Source: Eledone cirrhosa (Eukaryota). From it: DNA of 64,000 nt. The position numbers and the translations under genes were made by a program. The stretch is taken from the NCBI GenBank assembly GCA_964016885.1, contig OZ024741.1, positions 284,270,001 through 284,334,000 on the forward strand, written 5' to 3'. Below are positions 22,443-34,954 of the stretch, one piece after another. Numbering within the stretch: the first letter of the stretch is position 1; each line of letters starts with the position of its first letter. The notes beneath the pieces were generated by a model. That model saw only the letters and a list, made by a program, of their open reading frames with translations. It searched no databases and was not told where the DNA came from.

Positions 22443-22700
22443 CATTTAAATAAATTCAAGGTAAAGGACGAATTGTCAACAATATCTTTTACAATTGCAT
22501 TCTTTTTTCTATGTCCATACCTGCATTGTTTTGGCTTTATTACACATATTCAAACGTTTATACCTCATTACACAATGCTTCAAGTGAACTATAACCTCCT
22601 CCCATATATATATATACATACATACATACATACATATACGTGTTTTGCAACGGGTCACTTTGTGGCTCAATGAGAAGTTAATAAATTAAATAATCAGAGC

Positions 22701-23123
22701 TATATATCATAAAACATGTCTATAGAATCACCAGATAAAATATATACCATTTCCTCTCCCAATTATCATAATCAACTCTAGAAAAAATCGATTAGGCCAG
22801 GCTATAAGAATAAGGCTTCTATGAAGAAATCTCCAACAAATAACCGAAACTAGCCCTTCGCTATGTATTCTCTTTTCTCCTAGTTTATTTAACACCTAAT
22901 TCTGTTTAATTGACTGTATCTGGGCGATTACGCTGTCGAAATATTCGATAAATATTCCGTCGCAGCCGACGCGAAGGGCTAGTTTCGGTTATTTGTTGGA
23001 GATTTCTTCATAGAAGCCTTATTCTTATAGCCTGGTCTATTCGATTTTTTTATATGGTTAATTATGCTAATTGGGAGAGGAAATGGTATATATTTTATCT
23101 GGTGATTCTATAGACATGTTTTA

Positions 23124-23130
<7 letters not shown>
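22701..23130. repeat. Inverted repeat, ~160 bp arms, ~110 bp spacer
   Basis: 22701-22861 is the reverse complement of 22971-23130 with few mismatches; abuts (TA)n. Confidence 0.9.
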
Positions 23131-23186
<56 letters not shown>

Positions 23187-23448
23187 CATGTTTATATACA
23201 TCATGATCAAAATCGTTTAGCAAGGGCTGGACATGTAATCACAGACTGGTCAGTACTCAAGTAGAGCCACTGACGTCCAGGTAGGCCAGAGCCTGACATA
23301 CGGTCGCACACTCAACTGAGTACATTTTAGCATGGCATCAAACTAGGGAAGTTGTCATAGTTTTAGTTTTGACATAGCTGAAGAGTTCTTGCGACCCTTT
23401 TTGGTAGGTTTTCTATGACTGGATGTCTTCCTATTACCAAGCACTTAG

Positions 23449-23558
<110 letters not shown>

Positions 23559-23891
23559 TTATTTGTATGTGTCTAACCGTCTAGCTATTGTATTAACATG
23601 TAAAAGATATTCTATAGAAATGTGCACCTTTTAATATTTTCAAGTAAAATATGTGTAACACAATGTGCAATGAAGCTTGACGTTACAGGTACTGTCTATC
23701 TAACGCTAGTGTACACTAGTTCCATTGAAAGGCTTCATCCAGAGGTTAGTGAAGAAGACACTTACTCAAGATGACTCACAGTCAGATTGAGCTGAGTATC
23801 TCAAAGCAAACGTTTTAACTATTCAGCCATGTATGCACCCACACCCACATTCTCTCAATAATTCGCTCTATACAGTGGTGAACCTCAAACC

Positions 23892-25360
<1,469 letters not shown>

Positions 25361-25388
25361 AACAAAAGATGGTTAAAAGAGTTCCATG

Positions 25389-25459
25389 TATTTTATTATG
25401 CGCATTTCAAAAACAAATATCATCATGCAATAATATTTGTGTTTTCATCAGATAAAATA
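25389..25459 (-). ncRNA. Type I hammerhead ribozyme motif
   Basis: Minus strand: tattttat-CTGATGA-aaacacaaatat...atatttgttttt-GAAA-tgcgca-TA-ataaaata; perfect 8 bp stem I and palindromic stem III. Confidence 0.85.
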
Positions 25460-25817
25460 GGAAGACATGATATGAAGGTTAAAAAACACTTGTGGATAGT
25501 GCAGTTTTAAATCAACATATGAAAAGTAGTTTTAGATTGATGTGTGATATTGGGAAAAATATTTTTTTGGGGGGGGGGGGGGGGAGGATGAAAAAGAGGA
25601 GGAGATGAGAGTAAAAAGTGGAGAGGGAGGAGTATATTGAGGAAGGATGAGATAGGAGGAGAGATGGGTGATAGAGAGAGAGAGATAGCTTTTATAACTG
25701 AGAAAAATATATTGTTTTACATAGAGGTTGAAAACCGTTGGAAGATAATGTATAAATTAAAAGAATTTGAAAATTAACGAAGAGAAAAATAATGTAAAGT
25801 TAAGGTTTGTATATTGA

Positions 25818-25985
25818 AGGGTTTAATAATATGTGCGATGAAAAGAAAATGTTAATATGTATTAAGAATAATATTTACGTGTTTAATAATATGTGCGATG
25901 GAAAGAAAAAGTTAATATGTATTAAGAATAATATTTAAGGGTTTAATAATATGTGCGATGGAAAGAAAATGTTGATATGTATTAT
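25818..25985. repeat. 60-bp tandem repeat, about 2.8 copies
   Basis: gtttaataatatgtgcgatg recurs at 25821, 25881 and 25941. Confidence 0.92.
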
Positions 25986-26345
25986 TAAAAAGAACAACAA
26001 GTAATGTAAGTAAGGATATATTGTGAGATGAGCATGAGTAAGTTAGATGAAAGGGAGAAAAAAATAATGCATTTAGGATGAATAATCTAACGTCAAAAAA
26101 TGTTTATGTTTACGAAGGATTTTTACAAGGTGATATAGAGTAAGAATGTATTGTATTGTGTAATAATTGTTTCTATGTTAGGCAACAGTGAGAAAAGGTA
26201 CAGATTAGGGGTTAGACATTAAAAGAAAAAGAGAAGAAAGGGAAAATGAAGAAAGGGAAGTGATAAATAGGAGTGATATAGAATGAGTAACATTGATATA
26301 GAATGAGTAGCATTGCTTTATTGTACTACAATAAAACTCACCTCC

Positions 26346-26409
<64 letters not shown>

Positions 26410-26521
26410 AAGATCGGAATTAAGAGTATTCCGCAGTTCACTGTAATAATAATAATAGTATTAGCTCAAAGAAGAATAGAGAATTTTCTTCTGAGCTCAA
26501 ATGCAAACATATTACACAAAG

Positions 26522-26767
26522 AGAAGTGTGTTACACAGTGAGATGTGTGTAAAGAATTATTACAAATGAGTTTTACCGTTACTGTATAGAGAACAATATC
26601 TACAGGTTTAGTAATTAAATAGAAAAAAACTAAGTCAGAATCAAATCTCTGAATTAGAGTTTTAAATTACCAACCTTATAACTATAAGTTTGCTGATACG
26701 AATCTCGCTTCGTTTCACCACTGATATGTAATAATTCTTTACACACATCTCACTGTGTAACACACTT

Positions 26768-26769
<2 letters not shown>
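26522..26769. repeat. Inverted repeat, ~43 bp arms
   Basis: agaagtgtgttacacagtgagatgtgtgtaaagaattattaca and its reverse complement at ~26727-26769, next to (TA)n. Confidence 0.88.
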
Positions 26770-26829
<60 letters not shown>

Positions 26830-27788
26830 AAAAGGTAAACAGAAATAACAACACAATCGGTACAGTATATTGAAGGTTTATATTAGGTTAACGCTTGATA
26901 TAGCATCAGAAGAAAGAATGAGAAATAAGATAGATTGAGGGGACGGGCGGGATAGAAGTTAAAAACAAAAAAACAAAAACAATAACGAAGAGTGCAGTAC
27001 AAACAGTGTTAGTATTAGGTTCACGCTTGAGAGAATGCGGTGGGGGGGACGACGTTTCGGGCAGCACCAGGAGAAAAGTGGGAAGGAAAAGAGTCCCGAA
27101 GATGTGAGGGAGAGTGGTGGAAAGACATTAAAAAGGGGGGGATTGAAGGGGAAGGAAAAAAATTAAAATGAGGGTAAAAAAATTAAAATGAAAACAAGTG
27201 GTGAAAGGGTGTGAGGCGTGTAGGGGTGGTGGTGGGGGGATGGGGGGGGGGATCCGAGCGGGGAGGACGGAAGGTGATGTGTGTGTATGCGTGTAGGTGT
27301 ACGTGTGTGTGTGTGAATGTGTGGATGTGAGTGTGAGAGTTTGGGGGAGAGCGAGGTTCCGTGTTCAGGTAATAGGAAAACCAGTGTACATGTGTGTACC
27401 AGTGTGTGTGTGTGTGCGTGTGGATGGAGAGGGGTAGGTGGGGTGGGGAAGAGGGGGCGCGCGGAGTCCGGAGGCCGAGTATGTGTATGTGAGGATACGC
27501 ACATGTGTGTATGTGTGTGTGTGTGGTGTGGATACGTGGGAACGTATGGTTGCGTGTGTGCGAAAATAGTGTAAGTGTTTGTGTGTGTGTGTGTTCCTGA
27601 ATGTTTTCCCAGTGTGTGGATGGACAGATGGTGAAAAACTCCGAGTATAGAAAGATATGTCTGGAGCGTGTGACCTGTAGTGTAGAATATGTGGAATGGT
27701 AGGGAGGAAGTAGAGAGTTGTGGGGGCGCAAGCACAACAGGAAGTGGTCAAGAAGGTCAATGCAGGCGGTGGAGAAGGCAGGATGAAG

Positions 27789-27828
<40 letters not shown>

Positions 27829-27954
27829 TAGCAGTTAGGAGGACGACAGACAGGCGAGTGGTAGGGATAGTCTGTATGTGTGTGCGGAGATGCGGTGGAC
27901 AGGGGAGGGAGTGGGTTAGTGTGAAAAAGTTGAGGGAGAAGGTGGTAGTGTAAT

Positions 27955-28145
27955 AATTGTTTCTACTTTTGGCACAAGGCCAGCAATTTCCCAGTGTATT
28001 ACTGGTACTTTATTTTATCGACCCCGTAAGGATGAAAGGCAAAGTTAACCTCGGCGGGATTTGAACTCAGAATGGCAAGGGCCGTAACTCTATGCGTCAA
28101 AGCATGGCGTCCGACCCTCTACCGATACTGCCAATTCACTAAACC
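27955..28145 (-). mobile_element. tRNA-derived SINE with ~16 bp target-site duplication
   Basis: Same family as 60260-60460; gtggtagtgtaataat flanks both ends. Confidence 0.9.
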
Positions 28146-28155
28146 TCTAGTGGTA

Positions 28156-28646
28156 GTGTAATAATGTCCAGCTATTCGTCCGTACAAAATGAGTTCAAAT
28201 CTTCAACAAGCCGTTACCACGTGTTGTGCCTACACAAGATAGCGGTTTCGTTTCAGTGGCGTGAATAGGTATTCGGCAACTAGAAATAGCAGTCAAATTT
28301 TCATGTGTTAATCAATTTCTAGTTATTATAATATGCTAGGATTTATCTTTGAGCTTAATTTCCAGGATATATGGCGCATGCATTATGACATGACACCCAT
28401 AATTTCGATTTCGATTTAATTCATTTAATTTATTTTATCTTAATTTTGGATTTAGATATATATATACGGCTCCTTAATTGTAGAGCTATTTCTGTTGAAG
28501 AGAATTTGACTGCTATTTCTAGTTGTCGAATACCTATTCACGCCACTGAAACGAAACCGCTATCTTGTGTAGGCACAACACGTGCTAACGGCTTGTTGAA
28601 GATTTGAACGCATTCTGTAAGGACGAATAGCTGGACATTATTACAC
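28156..28646. repeat. Inverted repeat, ~143 bp arms
   Basis: 28156-28298 is the reverse complement of ~28503-28646 with a few substitutions. Confidence 0.9.
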
Positions 28647-28847
28647 TTTCCTTGTTGACAATCCAATAATATCCACTTTCCGTGACTTACGATCTGATTA
28701 ATTGGTGAAATATATTTCTTTAATGGGATATATACAAGGAAGGTTAATCACTCTTAAAGGTAAATATTACCTATACTAGCTATGCGTGGTTACACGCAAG
28801 CAAAAATTATCTCCTGTGATTATTCATGTATATTTATATGTTAATCA

Positions 28848-28954
<107 letters not shown>

Positions 28955-28983
28955 AAAGAATAGAGGTGTAACACACAAGTTAT

Positions 28984-29379
28984 TATATATTGGTAAACGG
29001 AATAGAAAATGCTGACAAATTGTTCACAGTTGAAAAATGGTTTAATTAGGAATAAAAGAGTATTAGTGATTGTATGGGTTAGTATTCAGTTGTGGTTTTA
29101 AGTTTTTAAGTTTTTACCGGTTGCGCATTTCTAAATGCTTTTCAAAAATAATTTTGAGATAGAGTGTCCGTGCTGTTTGCTCTGAGATCAGAGCAAACAG
29201 CACGGATACTCTATCTCAAAATTATTTTTGAAAAGCATTTAGAAATGCGCAACCGGTAAAAACTTAAAAACTTAAAACCACAACTGAATACTAACCCATA
29301 CAATCACTAATACTCTTTTATTCCTAATTAAACCATTTTTCAACTGTGAACAATTTGTCAGCATTTTCTATTCCGTTTA

Positions 29380-29390
<11 letters not shown>
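28984..29390. repeat. Near-perfect ~400 bp palindrome
   Basis: Arms of ~200 bp meet at tctga-ga-tcaga (29181-29192); only one mismatch noticed. Confidence 0.95.
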
Positions 29391-29447
<57 letters not shown>

Positions 29448-29814
29448 TAGAAGGGGTATTTAATTTGTTGGAAGTCCAACAAATATAAATGTTTATAACT
29501 GATTTAGAACACTGAACAGTTTACTGGAATAAATATTCAACGATATTAAATAACTGGAAACTATATTTATAAATATGGTTTTATAAATATAGTTTCCATT
29601 TATTAATATATATATATATATATATATATATGTGCGTGTGCGTGTAAGTGTGTGTATACAAGTGCGTATATGTTTATATGTGCGTGTGAGTGTGTATGTC
29701 TGTATATTTACTCTTTTACCTGTTCCAGCCATCCGGCTGAGGCCATGCTGGTTCACCATATATATTTTTCGTTGTTGGTTCTTTCTTGGCGCGCATATAT
29801 GTGTACATATGTAT

Positions 29815-29856
<42 letters not shown>

Positions 29857-29897
29857 TTACGAGGTGTGTAAGAAAAGTTCCAATTGTTCACGTTCCA

Positions 29898-30120
29898 TTG
29901 GAAAGTAAACAACACAATATATAACTACTCCATTACCAAAGGTTTCAGGACCATAGACAACATTGACATACGTCTAGTTCGCTCATCAGATAGAGGGGTT
30001 ATCTATCGGTGATAGAGGGGCCTTCTATCCGATGAGCGAACTAGACATATGTTAATATTGTCTATGGTCCTGAAACGTTTGGTAATTGAGTAGTTATATA
30101 TTGTGTTGTTCACTTTCCAA
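29898..30120. repeat. Inverted repeat, ~100 bp arms, each carrying a hammerhead motif
   Basis: 29898-29998 versus 30021-30120; the spacer contains a duplicated gatagagggg. Confidence 0.9.
29928..29995 (-). ncRNA. Type I hammerhead motif (diverged mirror copy at 30023-30090, plus strand)
   Basis: ctctat-CTGATGA-gcgaactagac...gtctatggtcct-GAAA-cctttgg-TA-atggag. Confidence 0.7.
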
Positions 30121-30315
30121 TTAAATAGCTCTATTTCATACATAGAGCACTCTTTTTTCCTTTGCTTTTTCTTCGGAAATTCTTACCCCCCCCCCCCACA
30201 CACATATATATATATATATGTGTGTGTGTATGTATGTATGTATGTATGTAAAAGGTAAACAGAAATAACAACACAATCGGTACAGTATATGGAAGGGATA
30301 CATATATATGTATAC

Positions 30316-30560
30316 ATCTATATTAATAAAGCTGACGGCCGTATGTATGTAATAAACCTTTCGCCAAACGGCTGGACCAAACGGCACCAAATTTGCACCA
30401 TAGATGTAACTTTTTCCAAGTAAGAAAGTGAGGATAATTTTTTACTACTAAATTTTGTTAAAAGATTAAAGATATTTTATTGTTTATTTAAATATTCACT
30501 TCTTTAAAATATTCAAATTTCAACACGTCCGGTTATACGACATTCCTCGCTCTTTCTTAG
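30316..30560 (+). mobile_element. Possible non-autonomous Helitron-like 5' end
   Basis: a|tctatattaataaagctga..(tgta)n..aaacggctggacc..caccaaattt resembles non-autonomous Helitron starts; the 3' end was not found. Confidence 0.3.
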
Positions 30561-30664
30561 TCTGCCTTTTTAGATAGATACATTGCTATAACGTCGCGCC
30601 CTTATAATGTCTCTATATGTCTGGCTATCTGCATTATGAAAACCATTCTGTACATTGACTTCGC

Positions 30665-30702
<38 letters not shown>

Positions 30703-30733
30703 TATATATATAGTGTGTATATATATATATATA

Positions 30734-30786
<53 letters not shown>

Positions 30787-30788
<2 letters not shown>

Positions 30789-32054
30789 GGGTGTGGACGA
30801 TATTCGTTCACGATTTTCAACTGGTAATTTTATGCAAATTTTTTTACTTCCGTTGTCACTCTTGTCTTCATAAAAACAGTGACTATATTTCCATTATTTA
30901 TTTCTAGAATAATTGATTATGAATAATTTTGAACCTACAAATTTCTGGAAGAGACACGGAGTTCTTCTTGGAATCCGCGCCGGGAGGACAAATAAGGAAA
31001 TTTCAGACTTTCTCAGCGTCAGCAGGAGAATGGTGGAAAAAGTCAGAAAATTGGAAGATTCAGGATTCGACTACGAAGCAACATCAGAGAGGAAAACACA
31101 TGATCGACGATCTGAACGCCCGAGTTCATCGCTGAAGTTCATGAACTTAGCAAGTCGATGCGTGCCATTGCAAGTGAGAAAGGCGTGGATGGAAAGCTCA
31201 TTAGGCTGGTGGTACATGAAGACATTCGCTACGTTTCATACAAGATGAGGAAAGGACAATTTCTGTCAAAGGCGATGCAAGAAAAGCGACTGAAACATGC
31301 AAAGAAGCTCATCAACAAGTTGAAACACCCACTGGAGCCAGACATGCTGTGGTTTTTCTCCGACAAGAAAAACATCTGCCAAAACCAGAAGATCTCCCAG
31401 AACAACAGGTGGCTCGCTGTCTCATCCAAAGACGTGCCCAGAGTCATGCAGACAAAGTTTCCAGCGACAACATTGGTCTTAGGTGTCATCAGCAGTCAAG
31501 GTGACGTCATGCCACCTCACTTCTTCCCCGAGGGCCTCAAGCTGAACACCGATGGCTACATCCGCGTTCTGAGTGAGGTAGTAGAGCCCTGGATCGACCA
31601 GGTAGCTGCAGGTAGGCTGTACGTGTGGCAGCAAGACTCAGCGCCCTGCCATACCAGCCGAAAGACCCAAGCCTGGCTGTCAGAGAACTTCGTCGACCAC
31701 ACTTCCCCCGACATCTGGCCTGCCAGCTCGCCTGACTGCAACCCCCTCGACTTCTTTGTGTGGGGCGCAGTGGAACGAGACACCAACAGATCAAGCTGCA
31801 ATACGAAAGACGATCTGAAGGCCAGGATCACAAGTGCTTTTAGGGGCCTAAGTCGGGGGACAGTGACGAAGGCCTGTAGCCGGTTCCAAGGCCGCCTTGA
31901 GGCCGTCATCAAAGCCAATGGCGGGTTTATCGAGTGAGATCGAAAGAACAAGACATGAAGACAAACTGATCCAAGTTTGATAAATATATCTTTAAAAATA
32001 AAACTACTGTGCTACCTTTCATAGACAGTAATCTTGCGAACAAATATCGTCCGC
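30787..32054 (+). mobile_element. Tc1/mariner superfamily transposon, DD37D (maT) family
   Basis: Imperfect TIRs (gtggacgatattcgttc at ~30793 / gaacaaatatcgtccgc at ~32038) within (TA)n, enclosing a transposase. Confidence 0.9.
30919..31937 (+). pseudogene. DD37D transposase, frameshifted near 31110-31160
   Basis: HTH-like N-terminus; FFSD, WQQDSAPCH, WP.SSPDCNPLDF with exactly 37 residues between the second and third Asp; C-terminal GGFIE. Confidence 0.9.
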
Positions 32055-32059
32055 ATATA

Positions 32060-32164
<105 letters not shown>

Positions 32165-32302
32165 AAGGTTAAACAAGGTTCAATGAATAAATCAAAGAAT
32201 TAGTTTTACAATAGATTGGAAGCACTCAACAGCAATGGTTTTCCGGAGTTATTAATATTAATTCAAAATATTAACAAAAATAGAACTTCTTGTGATCAAA
32301 TA

Positions 32303-32369
32303 TATTTTATTATACATATTTCAGAGGTAGTGAGCTAACTTCAACAGTACGTCCTCATCAGATAAAATA
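32303..32369 (-). ncRNA. Type I hammerhead ribozyme motif
   Basis: tattttat-CTGATGA-ggacgtact...ctacctct-GAAA-tatgta-TA-ataaaata; stem II is imperfect. Confidence 0.7.
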
Positions 32370-32499
32370 AGATGATGCATGACATACTCTGACATAGAAG
32401 ATGGTTAAGATCCAGTCATGGTAGTAAGTAAGATATGACAAAACTCAATATTTATATATCTTAAGATTGATACATGAAAAAACCTACATATAATACATA

Positions 32500-32685
32500 T
32501 AATTGTTTCTACTTTAGGCACAAGGCCAGCAATTACCCAGTGCATTACTGGTACTTTATTTTATCTACCCCGTACGGATGAAAGGCAAAGTCAACCTCGG
32601 CGGGATTTGAACTTAGATCGTAAAGGGACGTAACTATGCTGGAAAGCATAGCGCCCGACCCTCTACCAATACTGCCAATCCACCG
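32500..32685 (-). mobile_element. tRNA-derived SINE with TSD aatacatataat
   Basis: Family match to 60260-60460; duplicated flanks. Confidence 0.9.
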
Positions 32686-33541
32686 AATACATATAATACA
32701 GTGTAATAAAGCTTAAACATACATAACAGTAATTTACATAACTGTTAGAGATTCAAATAATTATTGAAGAAAAAGGAAAGAAAAAAGACAGAAAAAAAGA
32801 GAGAAAACAGATGAGGGGAAAATATAGCTAGAAGAGGTATAGAGAGCAAAAAAGAATTGATCAAGGAAAGGGAGACAAAGAGGAATAATTATAAATATCT
32901 ATACATAACTATACATTTGGGCATAGCTATGCGATAGAGTAAACTCGAATCAATGAATTATCTAGAAATATTCATCAATCTAAATCCTAAATATAACTGG
33001 GTGTAATCAATAAAGGTTAATTTCCTTAGTTAATTAGTTATATATAGTATCCAAACGTATCCGGTTGACCGTTAACTTTCAAATCATTTAAGTTAGTTCA
33101 GAGTAATGAATTAATTAAAGTGTATAATATTTCAGGCTATAAAAGTTTATAAATATCTGTATTAATATTAAAGTATACTATCATATTTAATTTATAAAAT
33201 CATATTTTATGAATTCATATTTAAACTATTTGCAAACATGAGAGAGAAGACATGCTATTTTTCATCAAATCGAAGGTATATCTTAATAATTTTAATATAA
33301 TATATTTAATTATTTATATTATATTGAAGATAATTCGCATTATATAATTTATAAAATAATTACAGTTATAATTTTAAAAATTAAGATTAACAATTAGAAT
33401 GCCTTAAAGCATCAAAAGGCTTTATAATTAAACTTAAAAAAGTTTATTATTAAATTAGATATATGCATTTGTCTAAATATAAACAAAGATTCTATTGTCT
33501 AAATATTAAGATGATACCTATCATTTATATATAACATAATA

Positions 33542-33729
33542 TAATTGTTTCTACTTTTGGCACAAGGCCAGCAAATTACCCAGTGCATTACTGGTACTTT
33601 ATTTTATCGACCCCGTAAGGATGAAAGGCAAAGTTAACCTTGGCAGGATTTGAATTCAGAATGGCAAGGACCGTAACTCTATGCGTCAAATCATGGCGTC
33701 CGACCCTCTACCGATGCTGCCAATCCACT
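33542..33729 (-). mobile_element. tRNA-derived SINE with TSD taatataat
   Basis: Family match; duplicated flanks. Confidence 0.9.
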
Positions 33730-34115
33730 AATATAATACAATAAATAAGTTACTGATAATATTGTTAAAAATTAAGGTTTTAGATCAATTATTATAATAA
33801 GGTCATGTAACACATATATACTATAAATATACAAGTCAAACTTCATGAATCATACGGATAAGAGTCTGATTCAAAGTAAAAAATTGAATTGTCTGCGATC
33901 TTAGATTTTCTTTATAAATTTATATAGTAGTATAATGTGTCTGCAAACATGAGAAAGAGAAAGCCTAAGGATTTCATTGACCCGAAGGATTTCATTGATG
34001 AGGACGTACTGTTGAAGTTAGCTCAGTACCTCTGAAATATATATAATAAAATATATTTGATCACAAGAAGTTCTATTTTTGTTAATATTTTGAATTAATA
34101 TATATATATATATAT

Positions 34116-34709
34116 ATGAGAAAAATGGAGAACTGCGTGGTTGCACATGGGTTACATATGAATAAAATTAGTCCTTCAACAGTGATCTTCCAACTTTCAT
34201 TGGTATTTCATCGCTTTAAAAATCATATACCTCTAGTTGGTGCGAGCAATAACCAAATAAAGTTATTGGGACAAGTAAAATAGGGTGAAACGAGCGAGAC
34301 ATGTAAACAAACAACGATGGTATTGCAACAGAAAGATAGGAAGAGACAAGTACATGATATCTGTAAGTTTAAGCTTGGTGAATTCATGGATGAGAGATAC
34401 AGACCATCAGACATGGGTGAGATATGAGCGAGAAAAGGATTTCACACAGGTCAAACGGGAGGAAGTGAGAGAGGGGGAGAAGCATAGAGTGAGTGAGTGG
34501 AAGTGTGAGGAAGAGACCAGCCGAGAGAGAGTGCGACTGGCAGAGAGCGTAAAAAGAAGGTGAGAGATACAGAGAGAGGGGAAGCAGTAAGAAAGAAACA
34601 GACAATCGCAGCTGAGGAAAAAATATAAATATGAGAAAAATGGAGAGCTCCGTGGTTGCACATGGGTTACATATGAATAAAATTAGTCCTTCATCAGTGA
34701 TCTTCCAAC

Positions 34710-34714
<5 letters not shown>
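34116..34714. repeat. Non-coding partial-tandem element (515 bp unit + ~82 bp)
   Basis: gagaaaaatggag...ccaactttcat at 34118 and again at 34633; homologous to 50731-51520; between (TA)n tracts. Confidence 0.85.
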
Positions 34715-34765
<51 letters not shown>

Positions 34766-34879
34766 CGAAGGAAATGTGGTAAGGAACCAGGTGGACCATA
34801 ACGCACCAAAGTACTCAATACTTAGTCCAGAATTAGCCGTCGAAACGGCTTGAGCTCAGCCGTCGGGGTTCTACTCGTT

Positions 34880-34920
<41 letters not shown>

Positions 34921-34954
34921 CAAATTTATTATTATTACTATATATATATATACA

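Larger units (their letters stand above)
20179..22562 (+). mobile_element. Penelope-like element (family 3) with ~1 kb inverted copy at its 5' end
   Basis: 20179-21180 is the reverse complement of ~21535-22562. The plus arm encodes the RT end (SLLDFQL..FYKK) and GIY-YIG (VVYRLEC..C..FYVGSTTRPLHIRIKEH..EAL.I....P.IN). Confidence 0.93.
32253..34100. mobile_element. AT-rich non-coding Penelope-type insertion with ~105 bp terminal inverted repeats
   Basis: 32253-32360 is the reverse complement of 33996-34100. The IR contains a hammerhead motif; flanked by (TA)n. Confidence 0.7.

Noticed and set aside
23091-23130. Hammerhead-like tattttat-CTGGTGA-ttctata-GAC-atgt, and ATGAAGA..GAAACTAGCC at ~22820
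   Set aside because: Core residues are missing and stems do not pair adequately; at best decayed motifs.
25818-25985. Regularly spaced repeats resembling a CRISPR array
   Set aside because: The whole 60-bp unit is repeated with no unique spacers; eukaryotic context, no cas genes.
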